Assembly (NCBI GenBank): GCA_964471395.1
Contig: CAYYHB010000004.1
Span: forward strand, 529-64,528
Direction of reading: 5' to 3'
DNA length: 64,000 nt
DNA from: an uncultured Burkholderiales bacterium
GTDB lineage: Bacteria > Vulcanimicrobiota > Xenobia > Xenobiales > QWHO01
Both the position numbers and the translations under genes were made by a program. Positions 9,225 to 18,475 of this stretch are shown piece after piece. Every line of letters begins with the position of its first letter. Positions within the stretch are counted from its first letter, which is position 1. The notes under the pieces are model-generated. The model did not search any database. It was not told where the DNA came from and saw only the letters and a program-made list of their open reading frames with translations.

Positions 9225-9620
9225 TCAATCCAGGGCCCAGCGCAAAGGCACCTGATAGCGGCGCAGCATCTCATCGGCGGTCACCAGCTCGAGGTTCTCA
9301 ACCGCGGCCTGGGCGAGAAGCAGCCGATCGAACGGATCGTGGTGGTGGTCAGTGAGGTCGGAAACGGCGCAGGCGTGCAGATGGGTCACGGGCAGCGCCA
9401 GCAGGGAGTGAAGACGCATGCTATCCTCGACCAGTTGCAGGGGCCGGACCGGCAGGCTGAGCTTTCCCAGTCGAAACTTGATCGTGGTCTCCCAGGCGCT
9501 GACAGCGGACAGAAAGAGGGTTGCATTCGGGTCGGCCAGGGTGGCCCGCGTTCTGGCCCCAAGCCGCCGGTCGCCCAGGCAGGCCCAAAGCCAGACGTGG
9601 GTATCGAGAAGCATCCTCAT
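9225..9620 (-). CDS. vapC: Type II toxin, PIN-domain ribonuclease VapC
   Basis: 131 aa. MRMLLDTHVWLW.. N-terminal acidic PIN motif, then SAVSAWETTIK and LVTADE acidic residues. ATGA start/stop overlap with the upstream antitoxin. Confidence 0.85.
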   Translation of the reverse strand: MRMLLDTHVWLWACLGDRRLGARTRATLADPNATLFLSAVSAWETTIKFRLGKLSLPVRPLQLVEDSMRLHSLLALPVTHLHACAVSDLTDHHHDPFDRLLLAQAAVENLELVTADEMLRRYQVPLRWALD

Positions 9621-9850
9621 TCCAGGAAATAGCGCATGATGTCCGCTGGCAGAGGGGCGTCAAAGTCGTCGGCGATCTCAATCTGTCCGGCGTACTGGCC
9701 CCACCGGCGGGGGGAGCGTTTCATCTCCACGGGAATGAGGCGAGCCACCGGCACATCCCCGCGTTTGATCAGCAGGGATTCTCCCGCCTCCACACGCTTG
9801 AGAAGCTTGGAAAGATGGGTCTTGGCTTCGTGCACGGTAACTTCTTCCAT
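9617..9850 (-). CDS. Type II antitoxin, Phd/YefM-type (VapB partner)
   Basis: Internal ATG at 9850 of ORF 9617..9979 gives MEEVTVHEAKTHLSKLLKRVEAGESLLIKRGDVPVARLIPVE, a typical Phd/YefM N-terminus (77 aa). The stop overlaps the vapC start (ATGA at 9617-9620). Confidence 0.8.
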   Translation of the reverse strand: MEEVTVHEAKTHLSKLLKRVEAGESLLIKRGDVPVARLIPVEMKRSPRRWGQYAGQIEIADDFDAPLPADIMRYFLE

Positions 9851-9877
9851 CCCTGGAGTGTAGCCTGTATCTGGATT

Positions 9878-9895
9878 GTTAGTCAATGGACTAAC
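9878..9895. promoter_or_regulatory. Palindrome upstream of the antitoxin gene; candidate autoregulatory operator
   Basis: gttagtc-aatg-gactaac, perfect 7-bp arms, 28 nt upstream of the vapB start. On the reverse strand it contains TTGACT, followed 18 nt later by TACACT. Confidence 0.45.
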
Positions 9896-10041
9896 CCGGG
9901 GTGGCGTAGAATAGAGGGAGCTCTTAAGCCTTCGGGTCCGAGTAAGGTTCCAGGCCGACGGCGAGCTGACCGGGTGCATGTGCAGGCCTTTCCAGGGAAA
10001 ACCTCACGGTCTCGTTGACTTGCGTGCGCTATCCTGACCCC

Positions 10042-11325
10042 ATGCTTGAACCGGAAATCCGACCGTTTGCACGCTACCATGAAGGGGTGCAACCCGAGGA
10101 ACCATGGCGTGCCCCGAACGTCTACTACGCCGAGGGCTACACCCCGCTCCACCTGGCCACGCTGGCCGACCGTCTGGAGGAGGTGCAGGTCTTGTTGGCT
10201 CAGGGGGCCCATCCCAATGCCGAGGTCCTGGCCCCGGGCGCCATCGGCTTCACCGCCCTGGACCTGGCCGTCTCGCGCCGGCTGACGCGGCTCATCCCGG
10301 TATTGGTGCAGGCCGGGGCGCGTCCAGGGGGGCGGGCCTGGACCTATCGCGAGAACCCGGCTAACCGCGAGCTGGTGGCCCTGCTGGACGAGGAGCTGCG
10401 GCGCAACCGGGCGGTGGAGGTGGCCGAGCAGCTGGCCCAGACCCCCTGGCGCATCCAGGAAGCGCGGCGGCTGCTCGACGAGGGCCAGCACGAGGAGGCC
10501 CAGGTGACGCTCGAGCCCCTGCGGGGCTGGGGCCCTGAGACCGACGAGTCGCTCCACCTTCGCATTCGATCGCTGGTGGCCACAAGCCAGCCCGCTCAGG
10601 CCATGGAGGAGGCCAGCGTCGTCTTCGCCTTCTACCGCGATCAAGGGCTCTATCGCCAGGCCCTGCTGGTGAGCCGAGAGATGCGCAAGATCGATCCTCA
10701 GTCGGCCCGTCCCTACGAGCTCGAGCTGCGCTTTCTGCTCGACCTGGGCTGCCCCGAGGAGGCCCGCCGTTGCCAGGAAGAGCTGCTCGAGCTGCACCGC
10801 CGGCGCGGCGATCGGAGCGAGGAGCGTGGCTGCGAGCGCCGTTATCAGCTTCTGCGGCGGGCCGCCAGCCTGGCCCCGCCCGAGCCGCGACCCCGCCCCA
10901 GCCTGGGAAGCGGGCCCGCCGTCTGGGAAGGTCCGAGCTGGTTCGAGTCGGACAGCCCGGGTCTCAATCTGCCTGCTCCCGCCGCCCCCTCCATGCAAGA
11001 GTGGCAACAACGCTTTCTGGGCGGCCGTCGCTACGACTGGGATTGGACCCCGGAACACCTGGGCAGCCTGACGGGACGCAAGGTCAGCACCGGCCAGGCC
11101 GCCCGCGACCGCTTCGAGCTGCTGCGCCGCAATCAATCCCTCAGCGTCTGGGAGGAATACGCTCCCGTGGTGCAGCGCATGCATGCCCCCGGTCTGCGAG
11201 AGCTGGAGGACCAGCAACTCTCCTGGGACGCCGCCATGCTCTACATCTTCCCGGACGATCAGAGCTGGAGCCTGGTGCTCACGCGTCGCTGGGAGGTCTA
11301 CCTGATCGAGCTGGAGGGGGAGTAG
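10042..11325 (+). CDS. Ankyrin-repeat protein with a helical (TPR-like) C-terminal part
   Basis: ORF 10015..11325; ATG at 10042. Ankyrin repeats GYTPLHLATLADRLEEVQVLLAQGAHPN and GFTALDLAVSRRLTRLIPVLVQAGARPG. Confidence 0.75.
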   Translation: MLEPEIRPFARYHEGVQPEEPWRAPNVYYAEGYTPLHLATLADRLEEVQVLLAQGAHPNAEVLAPGAIGFTALDLAVSRRLTRLIPVLVQAGARPGGRAWTYRENPANRELVALLDEELRRNRAVEVAEQLAQTPWRIQEARRLLDEGQHEEAQVTLEPLRGWGPETDESLHLRIRSLVATSQPAQAMEEASVVFAFYRDQGLYRQALLVSREMRKIDPQSARPYELELRFLLDLGCPEEARRCQEELLELHRRRGDRSEERGCERRYQLLRRAASLAPPEPRPRPSLGSGPAVWEGPSWFESDSPGLNLPAPAAPSMQEWQQRFLGGRRYDWDWTPEHLGSLTGRKVSTGQAARDRFELLRRNQSLSVWEEYAPVVQRMHAPGLRELEDQQLSWDAAMLYIFPDDQSWSLVLTRRWEVYLIELEGE

Positions 11326-11351
11326 CCGGCTCGAGGCCAAATCAGCCTCCC

Positions 11352-13325
11352 ATGAGCCTGGAGAACCTGCTCGAGGAGTTGCGCGGGGCTGGCACGGTCG
11401 ATTCCAGCGGCTCGTTCTCGCTCGACCTGCGCCACGGCCTCGAGAAGCTGCGACGCCACCAACTGCTCGACAAGAACCGCTACGGTTTGCTCTTGATGGC
11501 TGCCGCCACCCGGCGCGGGGCGGGCGCGGTGGAGGTCGTCAACGACGCGGACGACTTCATCTTCAGCTGGCTGGGCGAGCCGCTCAGCCGGGCCGAGCTG
11601 GAGGATCTGTTCCGATTGGACGGTGCGATGCTCCCTCTGGGCCTGGCCCTGCTCAGCGCTCAGGCGCTCAAACCGCGCTTCATTCAGGTCGATTCGGGCG
11701 AGAGTCGGCTCGAGATCCGCCGTGGGGCCCTGCGCCTCCTCGCCTGCCCGGCCTTCCCCGGGCTACGCCTGCAGGTACGCGAGGGCTACGGCTGGCGGGC
11801 GCTGTTCAAGTACCTGGGGGAGTGGCTCCAGCTGCCCCCTGAGAGCCGGCTGATCGCCCGTCACTGCGCCGGTCTGGGCACTGCCATCAGCATCAACGGG
11901 CGAGCCCTGGATCGCACCTTCCAGCTCGGACCCTGCGCTCTGGTGATCAAGCTGGTGGGCCAGGCCGATCGTCGCACCCTGGACGCGGTGGCCACCGCCT
12001 CGCCCCTGACCGAGCGGCGTGACCCGGTGCAGGGCTTGCTCGAGCAGCGCTGGGAGGATCAGACTCCGTTGTTGGAGCGCCCGCTCACGGGCGACTACCA
12101 CGCCATCGCGGCCGTGGGCCCGGCTGTCCAGAACCGGGGCCTGACCATCGTGGCCCAGGGCATTCGCTTCCCCCAGCCGGACGCGGCCAGCCCGGATCCG
12201 TTCCTCAGCCTGACCCTGGTGCGCCCCAGCCAGCGCATCGACCTCTCCTACACCCGGGTGGTCCAGGACGAGGCCCTGACGAGTGCCCTCGAGACCGTCC
12301 AGGCCCTGCTCGACGAGGCCCTGACCGACCACCTGAGCCAGCTGCCCGACGAGTTACTCGTCGCCCTGGCGGCGCGATTCCGGCGGCGAGTGAACAAGAC
12401 CGCCTGGACCAGAGTACAGGCTCGACGCCTTCAGGGCGCGAGCGACGAGCAACTGGGCAGGCTGCTGCGCGAATGCGCTCCGGCCTGGCTCGAGCCGACC
12501 AACCAGGAGTGGGGACCGGCCCTGCAGCAGATCCTGGGGCGCCTCAATGCCATCAGGCGGGAGGGCCCCCTGTCGTTGGCGGCGCTGCGAGCCCTCCTGC
12601 GCAACCTGGAGGCGCTCCACGAGCTGCTGCCCGGACCGGCCGTGGCCGAGGAGCGAGCCCTGCTGCATGCCGCCGCTGGCGATCTCGTCGAAGCTCGCGC
12701 CCTGCTCAACCCGCGCGACCACCGCAGCGCCCTGCTTGATCTCTTGCTCGACTGGAAAGACCCCGCTCTGAGCGACACGCCGCTGGCCCGCGGTCTGCTG
12801 GCCCTGAAGCAAGACCATTTTGTCGAAGCGCGCGGCGAGCTGGCCCGCTCGGGCGACGAGCGCCCTGTCGTGCTGGACCTGCGGGCCCGGCTGGAGGCCA
12901 GGGCGGGCGAGTGGGATGTGGCCCACCGGCTGACCATGCAGGCCGCCGAGCAGAGCGTCGGGCTGGCCCGCTCGGTGCGGCTGTACTTCGCCCTGGCGCT
13001 GCTCAAGCGGCGCTTCGAGCATGCCCTGCCCGAGCCGGGCAACTTCGTCGAAGACGTGGACCACGACCTCAAAGAGCGAGGGCTGTGCCTCTGGTCGAGC
13101 GCCGACTCCTCGACCATCGCTTACTGCCAGAGCGCCCTGACCCGTCAGGGGGACAGCGATGCCATCAGCGCCTCCCGGGCCCAGCTTGGGGCGGCTCACC
13201 CCTTCACCCGGGCGCTGGCCTGGACGGTGGCCGACCGTCGCCTGCAGCTGGGCTTGCAAGGTTTTGACCTGGTGGTGCCCTGCGAGCTGCTCGCCTTCTG
13301 GGGCCCGGAGGGCTTCCAGGAGTAG
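11352..13325 (+). CDS. Hypothetical protein (657 aa) with a helical repeat C-terminus
   Basis: In-frame ATG at 11352 of ORF 10770..13325, just after the ankyrin gene stop. The upstream 194 codons overlap the ankyrin gene in another frame and are Arg/Pro/Ala shadow sequence. I recognise no family. Confidence 0.6.
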   Translation: MSLENLLEELRGAGTVDSSGSFSLDLRHGLEKLRRHQLLDKNRYGLLLMAAATRRGAGAVEVVNDADDFIFSWLGEPLSRAELEDLFRLDGAMLPLGLALLSAQALKPRFIQVDSGESRLEIRRGALRLLACPAFPGLRLQVREGYGWRALFKYLGEWLQLPPESRLIARHCAGLGTAISINGRALDRTFQLGPCALVIKLVGQADRRTLDAVATASPLTERRDPVQGLLEQRWEDQTPLLERPLTGDYHAIAAVGPAVQNRGLTIVAQGIRFPQPDAASPDPFLSLTLVRPSQRIDLSYTRVVQDEALTSALETVQALLDEALTDHLSQLPDELLVALAARFRRRVNKTAWTRVQARRLQGASDEQLGRLLRECAPAWLEPTNQEWGPALQQILGRLNAIRREGPLSLAALRALLRNLEALHELLPGPAVAEERALLHAAAGDLVEARALLNPRDHRSALLDLLLDWKDPALSDTPLARGLLALKQDHFVEARGELARSGDERPVVLDLRARLEARAGEWDVAHRLTMQAAEQSVGLARSVRLYFALALLKRRFEHALPEPGNFVEDVDHDLKERGLCLWSSADSSTIAYCQSALTRQGDSDAISASRAQLGAAHPFTRALAWTVADRRLQLGLQGFDLVVPCELLAFWGPEGFQE

Positions 13326-13348
13326 CGCGCGAACCTCTCCACGCCGCT

Positions 13349-14491
13349 ATGCCCGCCACCATCCCCGTCCCGCCCGACCTGCTGCTGCCCACCCTGGTCG
13401 ATCTGGTCCAGATCCCTTCGGTCAATCCGGGTTTTACCGGGGGCACCGGCGAGGCCGAGCTGGCCGTCTACTGCGCCACCTGCCTGCGCGAGGCGGGCCT
13501 GGACGTGGAGGTGCAGGAGGTGGCCCCCGGTCGCACCAACGTGGTTGGGGTTCTGCGGGGGCGGGGAGACGGCCCTTCGCTGATGCTGCTGGGGCACCTG
13601 GATACCGAGGCTCCCGCCGAGATGCGCCAGCCGTTCGTGGCCCGACGCCAGAAGGGGAAGTTGCTCGGACTGGGCAGCGCCGACATGAAGGCGGGTATCT
13701 CCACCATGCTCTGGTCGGCCATGATCCTGGCCGAAACCGGTCTCAAGCTGGGCGGCGACCTGCTGGTGGCCCTGGTGGTGGATCAGAAGGTCGGCTCGCT
13801 GGGCACCCGGGCCCTGCTCGAGCGCTATCGGCCCCAGGCGGCCCTGGTGTGCGAGTGCACCGGGCTCTCGGTGGGCTGGCTGCACGCCGGCTCGGCCGTG
13901 CTCGAGATCGACACTCAGCGTTCGCGCGGCTCCAACCCGGTGACCCAGATGGCCCGGGTGGTGCTCGGCCTGGACGAGCTGGATCGCCGGCTGGCCTCCC
14001 AGCCCGCCCCCGAGGGGCTGGGTCCGCCTTCGTTTCGGCCTACGGCCATCTTCTCGGCCGCCGAGTGGGGCGCCCAGCCGCGCCAGTGCCGCCTGCGGGC
14101 CGAGCGGCGGCTCTTGCCAGGCGAAGCCGAGAGCCAGGCCGAGGCCGAGCTGACCTCGCTGCTCAGAGGCCTGGCCGGTGCCGACCCCAGCTTTCGCGCC
14201 AAGCTGGCCCCCAGCCAGACGGCCAGCCGGCCGGCCTACCACCATCCCCCCGCCAGCCCGCTGCTGGCCGTGCTCGAGCAGGCGGTGGCCCGGACCACCG
14301 ACTTGCCCCCGCGCCGCACCGCCTATCCCGGCTGGACCGACGCCGCCCTGTTGCAGGCGGCCGGTGTTCCGGCTCTGGTTTTCGGACCTGCTGGCGAGGT
14401 GGCCGACGAGGAGTGGGTGCTGGAGGACTCCCTGGGCCTGGCGGCCGAGGTGCTGGTGGAAGTGGCGATCAGCTGGTGTCGCGCCAGCTGA
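13349..14491 (+). CDS. M20 family metallopeptidase/deacylase homolog (ArgE/DapE-like), catalytic Glu-Glu pair apparently replaced
   Basis: LMLLGHLDTE (HxD), GLGSADMKAG (DMKG motif), C-terminal GFGP-like FGPAGE. The expected DEE motif reads VVDQKVGSLG (13781-13789). Confidence 0.75.
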   Translation: MPATIPVPPDLLLPTLVDLVQIPSVNPGFTGGTGEAELAVYCATCLREAGLDVEVQEVAPGRTNVVGVLRGRGDGPSLMLLGHLDTEAPAEMRQPFVARRQKGKLLGLGSADMKAGISTMLWSAMILAETGLKLGGDLLVALVVDQKVGSLGTRALLERYRPQAALVCECTGLSVGWLHAGSAVLEIDTQRSRGSNPVTQMARVVLGLDELDRRLASQPAPEGLGPPSFRPTAIFSAAEWGAQPRQCRLRAERRLLPGEAESQAEAELTSLLRGLAGADPSFRAKLAPSQTASRPAYHHPPASPLLAVLEQAVARTTDLPPRRTAYPGWTDAALLQAAGVPALVFGPAGEVADEEWVLEDSLGLAAEVLVEVAISWCRAS

Positions 14492-14651
14492 CTGCTCTGC
14501 TGGCGGCGTTCATTTTTTGGATACACCCTGGCAACCAGACGGACACGATCCGGCCACATCCGGTTAACCCGTCGGCCTTACGATCTCCTCAGAGGATCGC
14601 TTCCTGGCCGAGTAGTCCGGCCTCATTCTGGCGGTCTCAGAGGTACTTCGC

Positions 14652-16121
14652 ATGCATTCCCTGGATCACGAGCTCAGGTCGTACTTTGCCCATGGGAGCT
14701 TTCGCCCCCACCAGAGAGAGGTGGTCGAGGCCGTGCTGGCCGGCCGCTCGGTGCTGGCCGTGCTGCCGACGGGCTCGGGCAAGTCTCTTTGCTACCAACT
14801 TCCCGGTCTCATCTCGGAGGGGCCTACGGTGGTGGTCAGTCCCCTGCTGGCCCTGATCCAGGATCAGGTGGAAGCCCTGCGTCGGATGGGCGTGGCCGAG
14901 GTCCACTCGCTCACCAACTTGCAGTCGCCCGAGGAGAACCAGGCCGCACTGGAGGCTATCGCGGCCGGCCGGGCCCGCTTCGTGTTCGCCGCCCCCGAGC
15001 GCTTCACGATGCCCGGTCTGATGCAGGCTCTGGCCAGCGGCCGCGTGCCTCTGCTGGCAGTCGACGAGGCGCACCTGATCTGCGAGTGGGGCCACGACTT
15101 TCGGCCGGACTACCTGCGCCTCAAGTCGGTTCTTTCTGAGCTGAAGCCTCGCTCAGTGCTGGCCCTCACGGCCACCGCCACTCCGCGGGTGCAGCGCGGC
15201 ATCCTTCACGCGCTGGGGCTGCCCGCGGCCGACATGGTGGTGGGGGAGGTGGATCGACCCAATCTGTCCATGGCCGTGCAGTCTTGTCCGGCCGCCCGCC
15301 GCACGCAGGAGCTGGGCAAGCTCCTGGCCGCGCCCGAGGCTCTCCCGGCGCTGGTCTACGTGGCTCGCAAGCGGGATGCCCAGAAGCTGGCCGAGTGGCT
15401 CAGCGAGCGCGGGATACCGGCCCTGGCCTACCACGCCGGCCTCTACCCTGAAGTGCGTCGCTCGGCCCAGCAGGCCTTCTTGAGCGGGCGCATTCCCGTG
15501 CTGGTGGCCACCATGGCCTTCGGGATGGGTGTGGACAAGCCGGACATTCGTACGGTGGCCCACTTTCAGGCTCCGGGCTCGCTGGAGGCCTACTTTCAGG
15601 AGGCCGGCCGGGCCGGCCGAGACGGCCGGCCAGCACGCTCCGTGGTGCTGCACGACCCGCTGGACCGAGACATCTTGAACTTTTACCACGAGAGACGCTT
15701 CCCCACGCTCGAGGAGATCGATCAGGTGCGCACGGCGCTGGGCCGGCGGGTACCCTTTGCGGCTCGCAACGAGTTCCCCACCTGGACGGATAGTCGCTGG
15801 AACCTGGCTCTGGGGGCTCTGATCGGCTACGACGGCCCGCGCAACCTGCGCCACCAGCCGGCTACCACCGTCGCCGGCTGGCTGAAGATCCTGGCGCTCA
15901 AGAAGGCCGACCGCGAGCGACTCGACGCCATGCTCGCCTTTCTCGAAGTGGCCACCTGTCGTCGTCAGCGGTTGCTGGATTACTTTGGGCAGCCCCCGGC
16001 CGATTTCTGCGGCAACTGCGATCACTGCCTGCGGGCCCGCCCGGTGGCTCCGGGGGTGCGCCTGCGGAGGAAGCCGGGCGGCGGCCTCGAATGGCGCGAA
16101 GAACTTTCAAGCCCCGCCTGA
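14652..16121 (+). CDS. recQ: ATP-dependent DNA helicase, RecQ family (short form without HRDC)
   Basis: FRPHQREVVEAVLAGRSVLAVLPTGSGKSLCYQLP, DEAH box (AVDEAHLICEWGHDFRPDY), TATATP, and the Zn-binding motif CRRQRLLDYFG..CGNCDHC. Confidence 0.9.
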   Translation: MHSLDHELRSYFAHGSFRPHQREVVEAVLAGRSVLAVLPTGSGKSLCYQLPGLISEGPTVVVSPLLALIQDQVEALRRMGVAEVHSLTNLQSPEENQAALEAIAAGRARFVFAAPERFTMPGLMQALASGRVPLLAVDEAHLICEWGHDFRPDYLRLKSVLSELKPRSVLALTATATPRVQRGILHALGLPAADMVVGEVDRPNLSMAVQSCPAARRTQELGKLLAAPEALPALVYVARKRDAQKLAEWLSERGIPALAYHAGLYPEVRRSAQQAFLSGRIPVLVATMAFGMGVDKPDIRTVAHFQAPGSLEAYFQEAGRAGRDGRPARSVVLHDPLDRDILNFYHERRFPTLEEIDQVRTALGRRVPFAARNEFPTWTDSRWNLALGALIGYDGPRNLRHQPATTVAGWLKILALKKADRERLDAMLAFLEVATCRRQRLLDYFGQPPADFCGNCDHCLRARPVAPGVRLRRKPGGGLEWREELSSPA

Positions 16122-16131
16122 GGAGGTCGTT

Positions 16132-17400
16132 TTGCGCAAGTATTTCGTGGTCATGTTGGTCGCATTGGCTTTGCTTTCGTCGGCCTGCAGCGACCCCGGC
16201 AACCCGTTCTTCAACGTCCAGGTCCTGAACGTGGCCCCCACCGTGGCCACCATCGCCCGGGGGCAGACGCTGCAGCTTGCCGCCACCGGGAATATCTTTC
16301 AAGACGGCACCGAGGTTGTGACCAATTCGGCCGAATGGCTCTCGAGCAACATCAACGTGGCCACCGTCTCCAACACCGGTCTGGTGACAGGGGTGGGGCC
16401 GGGCCTTGTCACCATCACGGCCCGCCTCAACGGCCGCGAGGCTTTCTGCGACGTGACCGTGGTGAGCGCGGTGACCGCTCTGGCCGTCACCCCCAACGGC
16501 AGCTTCCTGCGGGTGGGCACCACCGAAGCGTTGGCCGCCACCGGTACCTTTGACGACGGGGCAGTGCTCGACATTTCTGGCCAGGTCAGTTGGTCCACCG
16601 CCGATGCCACTGTGGCCACCGTCAACGACGTGGGAGCGGTGACCGGTGTGGGTGTGGGGCAGACGACCATCACTGCCGTGGCCGAGAACGGAACCACCGC
16701 CCAGGCCATCGTGAATGTCTTCGATGTGACCATCTTCTCGGCGGGCGGGGCCAACGCGGCTGCCATCCAGCCTACCGTGGACGCGTTCCGGGCTGCCCTG
16801 GGAGGGCTCAACCCTAATGTGGCCACTTCCTTCCCGGCCGGTCGGCGCGAGATCAACTGGGACGGTGTTCCAGCCGCCCAGACGAACACCAACACGTTCC
16901 CGGCCAACTTCTTTAACCTGAACAGCCCCCGCGGGGTGGTCTTCGCCACCAACGGCTCGGGTTTCCGGGTCAGCGACAATGCCTACGGGGACGTGAACGC
17001 CACTTACCCCACCCAGTTCCAGGCCTTTTCGCCCGTGAAGCTTTTCGCCACCCTGGGAGCCAACCGGTTTGACACCGAGTTCTTCCTGCCCGGCACCACC
17101 ACGCCGGCTGTCTCCTCAGCCTTCGGGGCGGTGTTCTGCGACCCCGACCGCAACACCAGTTCTCTGGTCTTCGTCTTGCCCGATGGCTCCACGTTCACGC
17201 CGACGGTGAGCCCGCTGCCTGGCTCGCGAGGGCTGGCCTTCCTGGGCGTTCAGTTCCAGGGCGCGAGTTGCCGCGAGGTGACCCTGGTCACCGGCGAGGC
17301 GCCGCTCTCGGGTGCCAACAACGACGTGACTAACGGGGGGGTGAACGACATGGTGGTGGTGGACGACTTTATCTACGCCGAGCCCCAGCCGGCTCCGTAG
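16132..17400 (+). CDS. Lipoprotein with three bacterial Ig-like (Big_2) domains
   Basis: TTG at 16132, 5 nt after aggagg (16121-16126). Signal peptide LRKYFVVMLVALALLSSAC. Repeats of the type VTPN..L.VG.T..L.ATG.F.DG...D.T..V.W.S....VATV...G.VTGVG.G..TITA. Confidence 0.75.
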   Translation: MRKYFVVMLVALALLSSACSDPGNPFFNVQVLNVAPTVATIARGQTLQLAATGNIFQDGTEVVTNSAEWLSSNINVATVSNTGLVTGVGPGLVTITARLNGREAFCDVTVVSAVTALAVTPNGSFLRVGTTEALAATGTFDDGAVLDISGQVSWSTADATVATVNDVGAVTGVGVGQTTITAVAENGTTAQAIVNVFDVTIFSAGGANAAAIQPTVDAFRAALGGLNPNVATSFPAGRREINWDGVPAAQTNTNTFPANFFNLNSPRGVVFATNGSGFRVSDNAYGDVNATYPTQFQAFSPVKLFATLGANRFDTEFFLPGTTTPAVSSAFGAVFCDPDRNTSSLVFVLPDGSTFTPTVSPLPGSRGLAFLGVQFQGASCREVTLVTGEAPLSGANNDVTNGGVNDMVVVDDFIYAEPQPAP

Positions 17401-17419
17401 GCCGTTCGACGCAATGCAA

Positions 17420-17453
17420 AGAGCACCGGCTCCTGGGCCGGTGCTCTTTCGTT
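17420..17453 (+). terminator. Rho-independent terminator
   Basis: Stem agagcaccggc (17420-17430) / gccggtgctct (17437-17447), loop tcctgg, then ttcgtt. Confidence 0.7.
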
Positions 17454-17516
17454 AACAGGGGGCAGGAAATCTCCTCTTGATCCGGTAGATTCGGCCCACA
17501 TGGAGAAGGAGCTACG

Positions 17517-18407
17517 ATGATGACAAGACACATTCTGGCGATACTGGTTGTCTGCCTGGCCCTAGTAGCAGGCTGCACTGTGACCACCTCGACGAGCTCA
17601 GGTGGCCTTACGGTCAACGATTTCAAGTTTGGCGAGGGAGCCGAGGGCCCCGCGCGTTCGGACCCCAAATTCAAAGAGGGCGAGAAAGTCTTCACCCTTT
17701 TCGAAGTGAAGGGCTTCAAGCAGGGTGATGACAAGAAGGTCGTCATCTCCGAGGCACTTACTGTGACCGGCCCCGATGGCAAAGAGGTGATCAACGCCCC
17801 GGACATCTCCCTCATCGACAAGTCCTACGAGGAGTCGGTGGACGTCGTTAAGGGACACAATGAGCTGACCCTTCCCGACGGATTACCCTCCGGCAAGTAT
17901 GAAGTGAAGATGAAGCTCACGGATAAGAATGGCGGGGGAGTCACCAACCACAACAGCTCGTTCACCTGGGAAGGCTCCGGTCAGGCCTCCTCCGGTCAGA
18001 GCAAGCCCGACCAGTCTGCTTCTGGCGCTCTCAAGGTGGCCAACTTCACCTTCGCCGAGTCGCCTGAGGGCCCGGCCCGTGAAGACAAGAAGTTCATGGT
18101 GGGTGAAGAGGTCTTCCTAGTATTTGACGTTCAGGGCTTCAAGCAGGGTGACGATAAAACCGTGTGGGTACAGGAAGACCTGCTCGTGACCGATCCCGAG
18201 GGCAAGGTGGTGCTCGAGAAAGAGAACCTGCTCGACCTGAAGGGCGAGGCCGACGAGGGAGCCGACAACGTGAATGCCAACAACAAGATCACCCTGGAAG
18301 AGTCCGACCTCACGGGGACTTACAAGGTGAATCTGACCATCCGCGACAAAGTGGGGGAGCAGAAGACCACCTTCCAGGAGGAGTTCGAAATCGTTCCGGC
18401 CGAGTGA
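17517..18407 (+). CDS. Lipoprotein with an internally duplicated ~125-aa domain
   Basis: GGAGAAGGAG RBS. Signal peptide plus lipobox MMTRHILAILVVCLALVAGC. Two homologous halves (FKFGEGAEGPARSDPKFKEGEKVFTLFEVKGFKQGDDKKV / FTFAESPEGPAREDKKFMVGEEVFLVFDVQGFKQGDDKTV). Confidence 0.8.
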   Translation: MMTRHILAILVVCLALVAGCTVTTSTSSGGLTVNDFKFGEGAEGPARSDPKFKEGEKVFTLFEVKGFKQGDDKKVVISEALTVTGPDGKEVINAPDISLIDKSYEESVDVVKGHNELTLPDGLPSGKYEVKMKLTDKNGGGVTNHNSSFTWEGSGQASSGQSKPDQSASGALKVANFTFAESPEGPAREDKKFMVGEEVFLVFDVQGFKQGDDKTVWVQEDLLVTDPEGKVVLEKENLLDLKGEADEGADNVNANNKITLEESDLTGTYKVNLTIRDKVGEQKTTFQEEFEIVPAE

Positions 18408-18424
18408 GCGGTCTCACGATGAAC

Positions 18425-18460
18425 AAATGCCCCGTCACGACGGGGCATTTCTTGTTTCTT
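18425..18460. terminator. Bidirectional rho-independent terminator between convergent genes
   Basis: aaatgccccg (18425-18434) / cggggcattt (18441-18450), loop tcacga. T-rich on the + side (cttgtttcttt) and A-rich on the other. Confidence 0.75.
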
Positions 18461-18475
18461 TCACCCGGCCGCGCC

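Noticed and set aside
9883-13325. ORF 9883..11340 (-), the upstream 194 codons of ORF 10770..13325, and ORFs 12354..13259 (-) and 12431..13117 (-).
   Set aside because: The ankyrin repeats define the real + frame for 10042-11325. The 10770-11351 extension overlaps it out of frame with Arg/Pro/Ala-rich sequence, and a clean ATG exists at 11352. The minus ORFs are shadows.
13159-16302. ORFs 13159..14856 (+), 13196..14245 (-), 15153..16025 (-), 15898..16302 (-), and the N-terminal extension 15985..16131 of the Big_2 gene.
   Set aside because: They overlap the M20 and RecQ genes, which have clear motifs in other frames. Their composition is Arg/Pro/Gly-rich. The lipoprotein signal peptide starts at the TTG 16132, right after an AGGAGG.
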